From: a virus
IMG/VR virus record: IMGVR_UViG_3300008050_000024
Span: 39,869 to 103,868 of that record
Reading direction: 5' to 3' (one strand)
DNA: 64,000 bases
The notes under the pieces are model-generated. The model ran no database searches, had not been told where the DNA came from, and worked only from the letters and a program-made list of their open reading frames with translations. Below are positions 46,657 to 57,030 of this stretch, piece after piece; within the stretch, counting starts at the first letter, position 1; each line of letters opens with the position of its first letter. The position numbers and the translations under genes are program-made.

Positions 46657-46667
46657 CCTATTCCTCC

Positions 46668-47066
46668 TTATTTTTTCACAGGAATTGAAAAACTAAATTC
46701 CTGGATTTGATTACTTCGAATTATTCTGTATACAACAAGAATGTCATACATTCTAGATGTTGTATTTACGTCCACCGTGCTTTGATTAGTAAGCACATCG
46801 ATTCGCTTAATAAACTGTTCTAGGATTCTTGAAATTTCGTCTAATAAATCAAGCGCATTGTTTTCAGTCAACTCGTCAAATAAGATGGGTTTGAGATCTG
46901 ATCCCACATCACGGTTCCTGACCCGCTCTCCCACATCTGTTTGCAGGATGTTTCGAATGGACCAGTTAATGGCCTCAATTTCACTCGTGAGGACAGGGCG
47001 TACATCCCGTACAGGATCGTATCCTTCGTTAATGTCGAAGGCTCTATCTTCAATAGGTATTCCCAT
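46668..47066 (-). CDS. Baseplate gp25-like sheath initiator
   Basis: AINWSIRNILQTDVGERV...GSDL..LFD. Confidence 0.88.
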   Translation of the reverse strand: MGIPIEDRAFDINEGYDPVRDVRPVLTSEIEAINWSIRNILQTDVGERVRNRDVGSDLKPILFDELTENNALDLLDEISRILEQFIKRIDVLTNQSTVDVNTTSRMYDILVVYRIIRSNQIQEFSFSIPVKK

Positions 47067-47067
47067 A

Positions 47068-47877
47068 TCAGTTCAACTTAATCAATGTTCCCTTGACCGT
47101 GACTTCCCCGTTGGTTTCTATATCAATTTTTCCTGTTCCAAAAAGTTTAAAGTCGCCATCAGAGTTGAGTGTAACTTTAGCTTTCCCGTGGACCGTAATA
47201 TCACCATCGCCTGTCACATCAATTTTTGCTTTTCCTGTAATTGCAATATCCTTAGTGACAGTAGCTGTGAGCTTGTCTTCACACGTAACGGTTGCCTCTT
47301 TCGTAACGGTGGCCGTCAGTGTATCCTCACACACTACAGTAGCCGCTTTCTTGGCAATAAGGTCTAATTTCTTTTCAGCCAAAACATACATATCATCCTT
47401 AGCAATAATGCTGACTTTACCGTCTTTATCTATGTTAATCTGACATAGAGATGAATGGGTAAACGAGGCTGACTCTTCCTCTTTATCAATAATGATCTTG
47501 TTTCCGGTAGAATCAATCCAGCCGTATCGTTTGGGATAGTTTGTATCAAACGTCTCAACTCGCCCCGGAGTCGACATAGGACGGGCTTTATATACCCCTG
47601 TATAGATATTGTCGTCCAAGAACTCCACAGTAACATGATCATCCTCTTCTGGGATATAAAAAAAGAACCCAGACTCAAACCCCGCCCGCAATTGTACCCA
47701 GGGAAGGTCTGTATCTGGGATATCCTTCGATGTTCCGTGCAACTCTTCAATTCTAACCCGGACACGTCCGAGTTTCTTAGGGTCGTCATTCTTTTCAACT
47801 ACACCAACGAACTCTTTATTTTTTATCTTACGTTCACGGTATATTGGTATGTGTCTACCATAGTCTACTAATGCCAT
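47068..47877 (-). CDS. Central spike gp5/gpV-like (OB fold plus beta-helix, no lysozyme domain)
   Basis: DDPKKLGRVRVR, LPW, P..D.V.VEF, YP, followed by 8-residue beta repeats. Confidence 0.88.
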   Translation of the reverse strand: MALVDYGRHIPIYRERKIKNKEFVGVVEKNDDPKKLGRVRVRIEELHGTSKDIPDTDLPWVQLRAGFESGFFFYIPEEDDHVTVEFLDDNIYTGVYKARPMSTPGRVETFDTNYPKRYGWIDSTGNKIIIDKEEESASFTHSSLCQINIDKDGKVSIIAKDDMYVLAEKKLDLIAKKAATVVCEDTLTATVTKEATVTCEDKLTATVTKDIAITGKAKIDVTGDGDITVHGKAKVTLNSDGDFKLFGTGKIDIETNGEVTVKGTLIKLN

Positions 47878-47879
47878 GA

Positions 47880-48098
47880 CTAATTCAATCCATCGGCATG
47901 TACAAACTCAGCCAATGCGTTTAGATCACCCGAAGACGCAAACCCCCAGGCTACAATAGCCTTCTTGACTTCTTCTACATTTGTTTCAAAGGGAAGCTGA
48001 CTAGCCTCATACGAATGAAGAAAGAGGTATGTGTCCTTTAATAGAGGATCTTCTAAAAAGGACATGCTTTCTTTTAATCTGTCAATTGCTTTACTCAT
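47880..48098 (-). CDS. Small hypothetical protein
   Basis: Fills the gap exactly between hub and spike genes. Confidence 0.55.
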   Translation of the reverse strand: MSKAIDRLKESMSFLEDPLLKDTYLFLHSYEASQLPFETNVEEVKKAIVAWGFASSGDLNALAEFVHADGLN

Positions 48099-49265
48099 TT
48101 AAGCTACCTGTCCAAATCCGTCTCTGCAAAAATAAATCCGTTCGTAATAAGAGGAATCACCATAGGCCCTTGATATTTTTGTAACGATGTAGTCCCCAGA
48201 AAAGAAGGTATCAGATTGATTCGACTTCCCCCCTTCTGATTCTGGATTCTCTAGTAGGAATGTGACCTTGTCTAAAAGGCTGATGCTTCTCTTTGTATCT
48301 CCTACTGTTATCTGGTTTGGAAGCATTACGTTTCCACCGACCTGACTGAACCGAGCTAGGTTGGTTTGATTTTGCAGGTACGCGACATTGAAATTTTCGT
48401 GCACGTTGTCCTTATCTAGATGTCGTAGGGGAAACCGGCGTTGATACGGCGATATCGTCGGAACACGCTGTGCTGTTGCTGTCCCTGCTGTAATTTGTTG
48501 TTTCGTATGTGTCTGTCCCGTAAGGTCCCATTCTCCTACGCTCCTACCCGCTCCTGCGTATGCTCCAAGGAAGCCGGTACTCTCATTAAGCATGGGCGAG
48601 GTGTACTCGAACGTTCTGCTATCCTTCGTACCTCCATGCGCATACGTCAAAATAGCGTTTGACCGTCCTGCATTTAATCGCCAAATCACATCTGTGTAAA
48701 TAATGAAATTACTCAAGTCAATGGCAGGTACAAACAAAGACGTTGCGTCCTTGTACCCATGTATCCAAAGATGATCTACAAATTCCCGAAAAGACATTGC
48801 CGGGTTGATCCAAGTCATTGAATCTTTTGACGCATGGGAGAGTGTCGCACTCTTTCCAAACACCCAGGAACATATTTCATCTATCACTTCGGTAGACACA
48901 GTATCTGCATATGACTTGATCCAAGTATCATAATAATATTTTCGATACCCTTTGCGGATTCCCGATAACTTAACCAAATGTTCATTTTTAGCCCGCAGTG
49001 CCGGAATATCAGGCAAGTCTACAATTTCAAAAGCATACTGGAATGAGGTTTGTGACGACGGTCCTAGCCGGATAACCACGTCGGAATCGGCGTGCAGTTT
49101 ATTCTTGAGTATGTCCAACCCCCGAATGGAAGCGGTCAACTCAAATGTAGGACACATATTTCCACTTTCTTCTACCACGATCAAACTCGTCACAGCTTCG
49201 AAATCCAGGGAAATTCCGCCTATGCTAACATCTACGAACCATTGTCCTTTTATTTCTGCTGGCAC
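48099..49265 (-). CDS. Baseplate hub gp27-like protein
   Basis: Size, position and C-terminal SGDYIVTKISR. Confidence 0.7.
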   Translation of the reverse strand: MPAEIKGQWFVDVSIGGISLDFEAVTSLIVVEESGNMCPTFELTASIRGLDILKNKLHADSDVVIRLGPSSQTSFQYAFEIVDLPDIPALRAKNEHLVKLSGIRKGYRKYYYDTWIKSYADTVSTEVIDEICSWVFGKSATLSHASKDSMTWINPAMSFREFVDHLWIHGYKDATSLFVPAIDLSNFIIYTDVIWRLNAGRSNAILTYAHGGTKDSRTFEYTSPMLNESTGFLGAYAGAGRSVGEWDLTGQTHTKQQITAGTATAQRVPTISPYQRRFPLRHLDKDNVHENFNVAYLQNQTNLARFSQVGGNVMLPNQITVGDTKRSISLLDKVTFLLENPESEGGKSNQSDTFFSGDYIVTKISRAYGDSSYYERIYFCRDGFGQVA

Positions 49266-50092
49266 TAGGTACTCTCTGTGAACTTACGGTCAGTTGAAAG
49301 TGTCGAAGAATCCTTTGGAGCGGGAAGAGACGGTCCCGTACTCCTCACGACTTTAAGACCGGGAGATCCCTGCTGACCACTGAACCACTCTGCTATAATG
49401 TCCGCATCGGGAACTTGATAAGTCATTAACTGGCATTGCACCCTTGACATGACGGGAACGCCATCGGCATTTACCGTCCGGCTATATGTGTACGTAGCCG
49501 AGGGCATTACAAAGTAATTCAAAATCCCTAACCATCTTCCAATATGGACAGAAAGCAGTCCCGATTTCTGAGAAGGTAGCATTCCTAATGGAGGAGAAAA
49601 AGTGTAGTCTCCGGTAGTCGAGCTTTTGCGGGGATACACTGCTCTAAGAATTTCTTGTACAGGAAGCATAACGTCTTTTCTGGCTGTTTCCCGGGACTTC
49701 GCTATAAAGGTTAGATTAATCGGCAAAACCATGTGTCCCGCATTTGTCCATTTGACTTGGGACATGACTTGGGACTTTAGAGAAAAGGGATCAAAGTTAG
49801 CCTTGACCTGCTCTCCCGCCGTCCCCGCACTTAGTCCTGTCATCTTTCCTGCGGCGTTAATAGCGTCTGCTCCGAAGCCCACCAACATCTGACCAAGTCC
49901 TACAAAGTCTTCTCCCGCTTGCATTGCCTGGGATGATATTTGAAAAGCACTCGCCCACTCTGATTGAAGGGAAGAACTAACATCGTGCTCAAGTATTCCT
50001 TGGACCCTAATCTTAGGCTGATTCCCGCCCCGAATAATGACACGATAATTAGGATTGTCTAACCTAGATATGTAATAATCAAAGTCTTTCAT
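49265..50092 (-). CDS. Baseplate-tube junction protein (gp48-like candidate)
   Basis: YP...PP...VHIGRW pattern; directly after the tape measure gene. Confidence 0.55.
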   Translation of the reverse strand: MKDFDYYISRLDNPNYRVIIRGGNQPKIRVQGILEHDVSSSLQSEWASAFQISSQAMQAGEDFVGLGQMLVGFGADAINAAGKMTGLSAGTAGEQVKANFDPFSLKSQVMSQVKWTNAGHMVLPINLTFIAKSRETARKDVMLPVQEILRAVYPRKSSTTGDYTFSPPLGMLPSQKSGLLSVHIGRWLGILNYFVMPSATYTYSRTVNADGVPVMSRVQCQLMTYQVPDADIIAEWFSGQQGSPGLKVVRSTGPSLPAPKDSSTLSTDRKFTEST

Positions 50093-52129
50093 TTAATCCA
50101 TTCCCATGTTCGTATTCAAGGTTTGAATAGAGCCTACGTCATCCCGCGTCGCTCCAACAGGTCTACGGCCACCGCCTCCTCCACCGCCTCCTCCGCCCCC
50201 GCCCCCGCCTTGACTACCCATTCCGGAAGCCATCATAAAAGCGAGAGTAGCAGCACTGGCGTTCTTTTCACTCAATTTAAGGAAGTTTTCGGGATCAACA
50301 GTAAGACCGTCTGCCGATGCTTTACCTTTTGTTTTGACGAGCATCATCCCCCCGCCTAATCGAGTTCCCTTTTTATCCTGTGTTGCTGAATCCCCCAACA
50401 CAAGTCTTCCGTCTTTTGTCTGTTTTAATGCGCCCTCTGCGATAAGTTTTGCTTTCTTTTGAGGGTTGTCTGATAAATATTCTGCAAAATTCTGTTCTTT
50501 TATTACTTTCTTATCAATGTTTTGCCCCCGGTAACTTCCCGGCGAAAACTGACTTTGACTGGCTGCTTGAATATCTCTTTCTATTGCCGTGTACCTTATG
50601 GTAGAACTGCTCAGATCACCTAGTTGACCTTTGGCTAGAGCTTCTCTTTGGTCGGTGGCCGCAGCGGCTTGTTCAAAAATCTCTTTTCGATGTTTTTGAT
50701 CTCGTTTGCCTTTACCCAGTTCGTCAAACAGTTCTATCAGTTTTTTACCAGTAAAGCCCGCAGCAATGGCTACGCCTACAGCGGGACCACCCGCTCGAAG
50801 TGCCGTCAGTATGCTCCCACCAACAGTTGCAGCAGCTGTTCCCAGTCCAGCACCCATAACACCGGTTAATGCGCCTCCTCCTCGACCGCCTCTTCTTCCT
50901 CGACCGCCTTTTTGCAAGTCCTCAATGGAATCGTCGTGGATTTTAATGCCGTCATTAGTAGTGGCCTCGGTAAACTTTTCCATGGTTTCTTGAGCGGCAC
51001 CCGATGTTTTTGCTGTATCTTCCTGAGCATCGGACAATCTCTCTACGTTATCAGCCGTTTCGGCTTGAGTAGAGCCCTCTACCTGCGCTGCTGCCTCTAT
51101 AGCCTCTGTCTGTGTAGCTAGTGACTCCTTAGCGGCGGCCTGTTGCGCTATTTTAGATTCTGCTACCGACTCTTTAATTGCTTCATTATCTTCTTTTGTC
51201 TTTTGGCGCAATTCAGCAAAGGATCCTGTGATGGACTCTATTCCGATTGCCCCTAGCATCTCCTTGGCAACTAGCCCTCCCGGAACAGCTCCAAGCAAGC
51301 CTGTCAAGAGCCCTTCAGACACTCCCGACTTAACTAGTCGGTCTTGGAAGGCCGACCCCACATCACCACCAAAAGAAGTACGTTGACCTATTCTGGATAA
51401 TAGTTGTTCCTCATTTGTAGACACAGTATTGAACGCACTAGTCATATCCTGCAAAGTCATTTTAAGAGGCTGTGCTCCTGCAAAGCTTTTAGACATGGAG
51501 GTCATCGTGCCTAAGATTTTCTTCTTTTCCCCGGGACTAAAATCAGAGAGTTTTGCTTGGGGATCCGTTAATGGAGATTTTCCCAATCTATCCATCAGGG
51601 TGTTAAAATCTTGGAGGGCGTCGTTTTGTGCTTCGGCGGAACGTCCTGTGGCGGCTGTTTCAGAAAAGCGCTCCATGGCCTTGCCTACATCTAGTTCAAT
51701 ATTGGCATCGGCTATTTTGGATATAGCATTTGTTGCCGTTTTTTGAAGGTCAACAAATTCTTTTCGTTCGGACGTTGTAAGGTCGGTGGCTTTTTTGTTT
51801 CCCAACGCTATAGCTCGCTCTGTTGTTTTGAAAAACTCTTTAGAGTTAATGCCTTGCTTCTTTAGCACAGCCAGTACCGAGCTTTGGTTGCTATTGAGGA
51901 TTTCAACAGTATTACGAAACTCAGAGGATTGTCGAGCTAGGATGCCGTCAACCCTCTTTTGTTCTTGTTGTCGCAATTTTGCAGCAGTTGCGTTCTTTTC
52001 TGATGCGTCAGTGACTACTTCGTACAGGGAATGCCCGATGCCAGTAAAATCAACCGTTTTGGCAACAGATGTGGACAGGGAGTCAATCAACGCTCTTCCA
52101 GTCTCTGTCAAAAACTCAACGGCTGCCAT
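50093..52129 (-). CDS. Tape measure protein
   Basis: 678 aa, Ala/Gly-rich and helical with hydrophobic stretches; follows the chaperone gene. Confidence 0.65.
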   Translation of the reverse strand: MAAVEFLTETGRALIDSLSTSVAKTVDFTGIGHSLYEVVTDASEKNATAAKLRQQEQKRVDGILARQSSEFRNTVEILNSNQSSVLAVLKKQGINSKEFFKTTERAIALGNKKATDLTTSERKEFVDLQKTATNAISKIADANIELDVGKAMERFSETAATGRSAEAQNDALQDFNTLMDRLGKSPLTDPQAKLSDFSPGEKKKILGTMTSMSKSFAGAQPLKMTLQDMTSAFNTVSTNEEQLLSRIGQRTSFGGDVGSAFQDRLVKSGVSEGLLTGLLGAVPGGLVAKEMLGAIGIESITGSFAELRQKTKEDNEAIKESVAESKIAQQAAAKESLATQTEAIEAAAQVEGSTQAETADNVERLSDAQEDTAKTSGAAQETMEKFTEATTNDGIKIHDDSIEDLQKGGRGRRGGRGGGALTGVMGAGLGTAAATVGGSILTALRAGGPAVGVAIAAGFTGKKLIELFDELGKGKRDQKHRKEIFEQAAAATDQREALAKGQLGDLSSSTIRYTAIERDIQAASQSQFSPGSYRGQNIDKKVIKEQNFAEYLSDNPQKKAKLIAEGALKQTKDGRLVLGDSATQDKKGTRLGGGMMLVKTKGKASADGLTVDPENFLKLSEKNASAATLAFMMASGMGSQGGGGGGGGGGGGGGRRPVGATRDDVGSIQTLNTNMGMD

Positions 52130-52277
52130 CTGGTATTCCTTTAGTATCGTGATACTTCTGAACTAAGCATCTGTTATACAAGGCCATGACCTTGTTAAAC
52201 GCTTTATCCCCGACGGAGATATGGGCAACATTACCCAAAACGAACTCTATTTCGATCAATCTCTTCCAGTTTACGAA
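52116..52277 (-). CDS. Second chaperone segment (gp51/gpGT-like) in the +1 frame, probably reached by frameshift
   Basis: 53 sense codons FVNWKRLIEIEFVLGNVAHIS...GSR*, spanning the gap to the tape measure gene. Confidence 0.5.
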   Translation of the reverse strand, partial: FVNWKRLIEIEFVLGNVAHISVGDKAFNKVMALYNRCLVQKYHDTKGIPDGSR

Positions 52278-53112
52278 ACGGAAGCAGGTCGACTACACCC
52301 AAATCGACACGATACGAAAATTGATATTCGCACGGTACGGGTTTACCATCCCCTTCTTTCTGACTGTCCTCAAGTAGTATTTGAGTAATATCAGGATTAT
52401 TACAAACTGCCATTTTCTTTTTCATGCCGTGTTGCATGGCTTTCTCTACTGATAGAATAGCCTGTCCCACTTCAATGTCTTCAATCCCACAAACAATTTC
52501 ATACGCCCGTTCATAATCCTTAATATTGCGGATCATACAGGCTAGAACTGCCTTATGGAAATCCTTACCCTTCCCATGCTCCATAATGGTACGCAAGTCC
52601 TTGACTCGGAATACATCGAACTCGATCTCATCCTTGTCATTGACTTTAATGTACGCAGGCAAATTAGGAACGCCCATATCATGAAAATCGACTTCCAAGG
52701 GTTTGAAACAAACCGTATTCGTTTCCTTACATCGAGGGCACTCTAAATTGTGTGACCATACCTTGTTAGGCGTAGTCTGTGCCGTGACGAAAAGTAAAAC
52801 CCAGAGAAAGTCGTTATATGATAATTCGTCTACATCAAAATCTATTGCGGGGCGTATAAGCTCCACATAGTCCAACTCAGTCATTCCTACTTGATTGAGT
52901 CTTTCTATTTCCGAAAAAGTTAACGGTCGATACGACAATGACTTTTTCTTATAAGGTATAAACTTTGATGGAAGAGTTCGTATCTTATTCCATAAATGTC
53001 CGTCCTTCTTTACTGGAATGAGGGAAGGAATGTCCCCTTGTTCTGAGGCGCCTGACAATGATTTTAACCCATTGTTAGCTTCAAGCTCCTCCGCTGTTAG
53101 AACGTGAACCAT
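52231..53112 (-). CDS. Tail/baseplate hub assembly chaperone (gp26-like)
   Basis: LPSKF, RPLT, DELSYND, CPRC plus a second split Cys pair; between tube and tape measure genes. Confidence 0.65.
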   Translation of the reverse strand: MVHVLTAEELEANNGLKSLSGASEQGDIPSLIPVKKDGHLWNKIRTLPSKFIPYKKKSLSYRPLTFSEIERLNQVGMTELDYVELIRPAIDFDVDELSYNDFLWVLLFVTAQTTPNKVWSHNLECPRCKETNTVCFKPLEVDFHDMGVPNLPAYIKVNDKDEIEFDVFRVKDLRTIMEHGKGKDFHKAVLACMIRNIKDYERAYEIVCGIEDIEVGQAILSVEKAMQHGMKKKMAVCNNPDITQILLEDSQKEGDGKPVPCEYQFSYRVDLGVVDLLPFRKLEEIDRNRVRFG

Positions 53113-53635
53113 CTGATCCTCCTAAAGAGTCTCCCACCACGGCAAAAGTAACAGGCAAAATGAAATGCTCATTACCGGCCATGCTGAGAGTTTGGGGCAA
53201 CCCTCCAAAGGGAAATACGAAGTAGCGGTCAACGTCAGATGCCCGCATCCCGTCTTTGTATTTCGTAACATGGAGTTCTCGCGCAACATCAAAAAGACAT
53301 CCCGCGGTCATGCTGTTTTTATCCATAACGACATTATTCATCCAGTATTCAAAAAACCTCTTGATATGATAGTCTACTGAATCCAGAAAATTCATCGACA
53401 TTTGACTTAGGTCAAAGCCGTAAGGAATGGCGAAGGGGGCTACCCCTTCAATCCCTCGAGTGGCCACATTGCCTACAGGAGGATCGACATCCTGTACGGG
53501 CAACCACTTGTTCCAATCAAAACCTGGACCTTGTAAAAGTTTCCTTTCGTTTCCAGGTAAGATAAACTTCGCTTGATAATTAAATTGAACGGCAAGGTCA
53601 AGGTAAAGCAAATCTTCTTGCAGTACCCCAGCCAT
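53081..53635 (-). CDS. Tail tube-like protein 2
   Basis: Tube-fold pattern (F.D...FFEYW...FP) similar to the neighbour. Confidence 0.6.
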   Translation of the reverse strand: MAGVLQEDLLYLDLAVQFNYQAKFILPGNERKLLQGPGFDWNKWLPVQDVDPPVGNVATRGIEGVAPFAIPYGFDLSQMSMNFLDSVDYHIKRFFEYWMNNVVMDKNSMTAGCLFDVARELHVTKYKDGMRASDVDRYFVFPFGGLPQTLSMAGNEHFILPVTFAVVGDSLGGSDGSRSNSGGA

Positions 53636-53638
53636 ATT

Positions 53639-54181
53639 CTAACCTCCTGTAGCGGATCCGCCTTTTTTGTGTGTATAGTACAACCAGTTCAAATTGAAAT
53701 CCGGTCGATACACATCGTTGGCTTCTCCGGACATGCCTGCTCCTGGGAGATTTTGTGGAAAACACCCTCGAAGTAACCATGACTGAGTTGGATTTTTATT
53801 ACCATCCAGCATTTGAAGAGTCACGTCTAGCATGTACTCTTTCTTGAGTTTGAGTTGCCCGGTAACGGGATCAAACAAGAGATCGCCCCAACGCTCCACG
53901 AAGTTGACTACTTTGCCATCTGTAGTTTCTACAAACTGCATTGGAGTCACATGGGAATATTCGGGATATCCTGATGTATGACCTGGCATACCTTTAATCC
54001 GAAAAAGGATGGGCGTAAATGTTTTGTCCGGGGTTGTAAATCCCAGACACTGTGAGTCAAGCTGTCTACCGGCTTGTCCTATATCTACCCCTGGAATTGT
54101 ACCATGAATCAATAGCTTGTACAAAAACAGATGCTGATAGTCAGGATGCCCGAGAATGTCTTCTTGCGTCATTTTCGGCAT
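53639..54181 (-). CDS. Tail tube protein (gp19-like)
   Basis: F.ET..W...K.EY..D..L..LD...W.L.GCFP; downstream of the sheath gene. Confidence 0.8.
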   Translation of the reverse strand: MPKMTQEDILGHPDYQHLFLYKLLIHGTIPGVDIGQAGRQLDSQCLGFTTPDKTFTPILFRIKGMPGHTSGYPEYSHVTPMQFVETTDGKVVNFVERWGDLLFDPVTGQLKLKKEYMLDVTLQMLDGNKNPTQSWLLRGCFPQNLPGAGMSGEANDVYRPDFNLNWLYYTHKKGGSATGG

Positions 54182-54221
54182 TTAATACCTCTCTTTAATG
54201 TTATCCCGAAAAAGCTTCGGT

Positions 54222-55829
54222 TTAGGAAAAGTTCTCTTCGTCAAACCGAAGACCAAAATCAGTGCTGATTATTCCGAATTTTAAGTGTTCAGCTCCTCTT
54301 CCGGCATCGATGTATGCGTCTACACGAAATTCACGGTTTGCCAGGGACTCATTGGTGTTATTCCCACCAATATCCGCTTCAACATCAAAAAACCGTATAC
54401 CCCCCTCACTCTTAATGCCCCGGAGGACACGGCGTGTATCATCTGCAAAATCATCCAACTCATCCTGGGTGACTTCTTCAAACGCCTGAGTAAGAAGTGA
54501 ATCGTACATAATCCTCTTGAGATAGTTGTACAATTTGCGCACGTGCTGACGGGAAGTACGAGCGGCTTCATTTCCATATAGGGTTCGCTGCTCCCAAAGG
54601 ATAGTCCCGTGGGTTGTCGTTGGCAAGTAATAGTTGATGTCGTTTGCCGCTAACAGTTCGTGATCTGCTGCATCAAACCTACGAAGGGGTTCAAGCATTC
54701 TGATCTGTCCACGGTTAGCCCCTGTAGGTATCTTCCATGGATTGATTGCGTGTGACCGAGCGTGTACTTGAGCAACGCCTCCGTCAATAGACATGAGTGC
54801 CCTTTGATCTCCGTTCCAGGGATCTAGTCCGTACAACCAACTGGAATGAAGACCCACGTAGCTGCCCAAGTCACCTACAAGGCCTCCGGAAGTACCCAAA
54901 GCCGTTCGATGTGCAATGAGATCGTTAATGTCATTGCTTATTTCAATACTTTGAGGAATTCCTATAATCCCGAAGGAATTATAGTCCCGACAGAATGTAG
55001 CCATGGCAGCCTCGAACGCATAGTTACCTGCTGTCGCCAATGACCCTCCAAGAATCAGATGAGCCAGTGGCTGATACTTAGAAGTACCCGCCTTCTGTAG
55101 GACCGTGAACATATCCGCCCAATCCGATCCAACCAAAGCAGCGGAATCGGCTGCCGCACTTAGTACGGTGGCGACCGTTGTAGCCTTTGGCATTACGTCT
55201 TTATCAATGGCTGCATTGTCATATACAAAAATGTGCTTAGACAATGTATTGATGACATTGAGAATATAGATAGACTTGCCGGCGGCATCAAGTGCTTCTG
55301 GTTGTCGAGAAATGCCTGCCCAGGCTTCAACTTGCACATCATTCTGTAGTACAAGGATTCGAAATGTTTTACCCGTGGCATCAATCTGGTCGACTGTGAT
55401 TTTTAAGTCAGTACCGTGTGCGCCTGCTGATCGAGCACGTACAACTAAACAACGATCGGTATCAACCCCAAACACAGCCGTATCCGCTATGCCCGCTACC
55501 GACTCTGCAATTGCCGCTGCCGTCGAAGTAGCCGCGCCCGCCGTTGAAATGTTCAAGTTCAACGCCGCAATAGTTGCTCCCTTATGGACTCGAACGAAGT
55601 GTACTCGACGTCCTGTATGAGCAGCGCCCAGAGCGGAATACATGGTTGAGGAGTATCGGGGATCAGGTTTGCCAAACTCTTCAATAGCCTGCTTTGCTCC
55701 ATTTTTAGTTATAGGAGCGAACGACCTCCCCTTCTTAGCAAAAACAGGAACAGCAATGTCAAAGTCCTTGTCAGGAAGAGTAGGAAAGGCTTGTTGTCCT
55801 TCAGTAAATTCTACACCGGATGCTTTCAT
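54222..55829 (-). CDS. Tail sheath protein (gp18-like)
   Basis: SGV, FGKP, FVRV, AGAHG, W..P.G.NRG, WEQRTL, VRKL, AFE, NTNE. Confidence 0.92.
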   Translation of the reverse strand: MKASGVEFTEGQQAFPTLPDKDFDIAVPVFAKKGRSFAPITKNGAKQAIEEFGKPDPRYSSTMYSALGAAHTGRRVHFVRVHKGATIAALNLNISTAGAATSTAAAIAESVAGIADTAVFGVDTDRCLVVRARSAGAHGTDLKITVDQIDATGKTFRILVLQNDVQVEAWAGISRQPEALDAAGKSIYILNVINTLSKHIFVYDNAAIDKDVMPKATTVATVLSAAADSAALVGSDWADMFTVLQKAGTSKYQPLAHLILGGSLATAGNYAFEAAMATFCRDYNSFGIIGIPQSIEISNDINDLIAHRTALGTSGGLVGDLGSYVGLHSSWLYGLDPWNGDQRALMSIDGGVAQVHARSHAINPWKIPTGANRGQIRMLEPLRRFDAADHELLAANDINYYLPTTTHGTILWEQRTLYGNEAARTSRQHVRKLYNYLKRIMYDSLLTQAFEEVTQDELDDFADDTRRVLRGIKSEGGIRFFDVEADIGGNNTNESLANREFRVDAYIDAGRGAEHLKFGIISTDFGLRFDEENFS

Positions 55830-56095
55830 TTTTCTTCTTCTCCTTCGAAGACTAGTGCCGGCTCTGTTTCACAATGCGCTTTGAGGGCATCGAACTGAGC
55901 TTTAGACAGTCCTTCATGTCTGTTGTTCCCCCCCATTTGAATACCACACCCTTCCGAACTCTTGCCATCTGCACTAAGTACAGGATAGCCCAAAGAAATA
56001 CGGGAATGATTATTGCTAACCTTTGCCTTGTACGTCTTTGTGCTGCTAGTTCTAACAGGTTTGGGATCGGGAGTTGTATTTTCTTCTTCACTCAT
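55826..56095 (-). CDS. Small hypothetical protein
   Basis: SD GGAGG; ATGA-coupled to the sheath gene. Confidence 0.55.
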   Translation of the reverse strand: MSEEENTTPDPKPVRTSSTKTYKAKVSNNHSRISLGYPVLSADGKSSEGCGIQMGGNNRHEGLSKAQFDALKAHCETEPALVFEGEEEK

Positions 56096-56110
56096 ATCAA
56101 ATGCCTCCGA

Positions 56111-56797
56111 CTATTTTTCTAGCGTAGCAATAAGTTTATCCTTAAACACTTCATCTTCTGTCCAAGGCGTGTTGCGTTCAAATAGACTCAAAATTACTTT
56201 GTCTACTGTGACCACTTCTTTGCTTAACGGCGAATACACGATGCCTGTCAGATTGACATCCCATCCTACCATATGAAGCCGTCCTGTCTCTCCTACTTGT
56301 TCGATGTTGTCTTCCTGTATTAGATCCGGCTCATACATCAAACCCAGTTTATAGTTATAAGCATTGCCATCTAAAAGGATACTGGCGTCAACATTCATAA
56401 GAGAACTGCCGTCTACAAAATGCCATTGAGCAATAGTATCAGCAAATATACGGCTATTCGTAACAAAACGAACTTGAACAGGAAAAGTGCCTGGGCGCTG
56501 TTCTCGAACAGTGCCTTGAACACCTGTTGTCCCTGTTCGTACTTCCCTTGCCCTCCCTGTATGTGCTATAGGATTTCGCAAAGGGCCTCGCGCATAAAAA
56601 AGAATGGACCACTTATCTAATGGAGATGTGCTTATTTCGCTCTCTATAAGTTTTTTGACTTTGAAGCCGGCATCAACCGCTTCTGTGAAATCCAAATCTT
56701 TTACATGGAAGTCTTTCGCTGCGAGTCCTACCGCTAGCGCTGTGATTTTTGTACGAAGCGCTACTATGTAGGATTTGAAATACAAAGATAGATACAT
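56111..56797 (-). CDS. Tail terminator / completion protein (putative)
   Basis: Position between neck genes and sheath; context only. Confidence 0.4.
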   Translation of the reverse strand: MYLSLYFKSYIVALRTKITALAVGLAAKDFHVKDLDFTEAVDAGFKVKKLIESEISTSPLDKWSILFYARGPLRNPIAHTGRAREVRTGTTGVQGTVREQRPGTFPVQVRFVTNSRIFADTIAQWHFVDGSSLMNVDASILLDGNAYNYKLGLMYEPDLIQEDNIEQVGETGRLHMVGWDVNLTGIVYSPLSKEVVTVDKVILSLFERNTPWTEDEVFKDKLIATLEK

Positions 56798-56813
56798 GAA
56801 TCTTTTTTACCCT

Positions 56814-57029
56814 TTAGGAGTAGTTTTGCATCACCTCTGACAAGGTCGACGCCTCTTCTAATCCTAGCCGTTTTTTTGTGATTGAAGTAACCAGCGGCCA
56901 ATACTTCCGGTCATTGGTTGTACCTAGTTTTTCTAAGGCGATCTCCTGCGCCTTGTTCCATTCTGTTTCTACTTGGATTATTGTCTTGCCTGTTCGTTGC
57001 GCTAGTGTGTTTACCAACTGTGCTGGCAT
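56814..57029 (-). CDS. Small helical protein
   Basis: MP..LA..TGK..VE.EW.KA...YW..V..I.KK.LG pattern. Confidence 0.55.
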   Translation of the reverse strand: MPAQLVNTLAQRTGKTIIQVETEWNKAQEIALEKLGTTNDRKYWPLVTSITKKRLGLEEASTLSEVMQNYS

Positions 57030-57030
57030 A

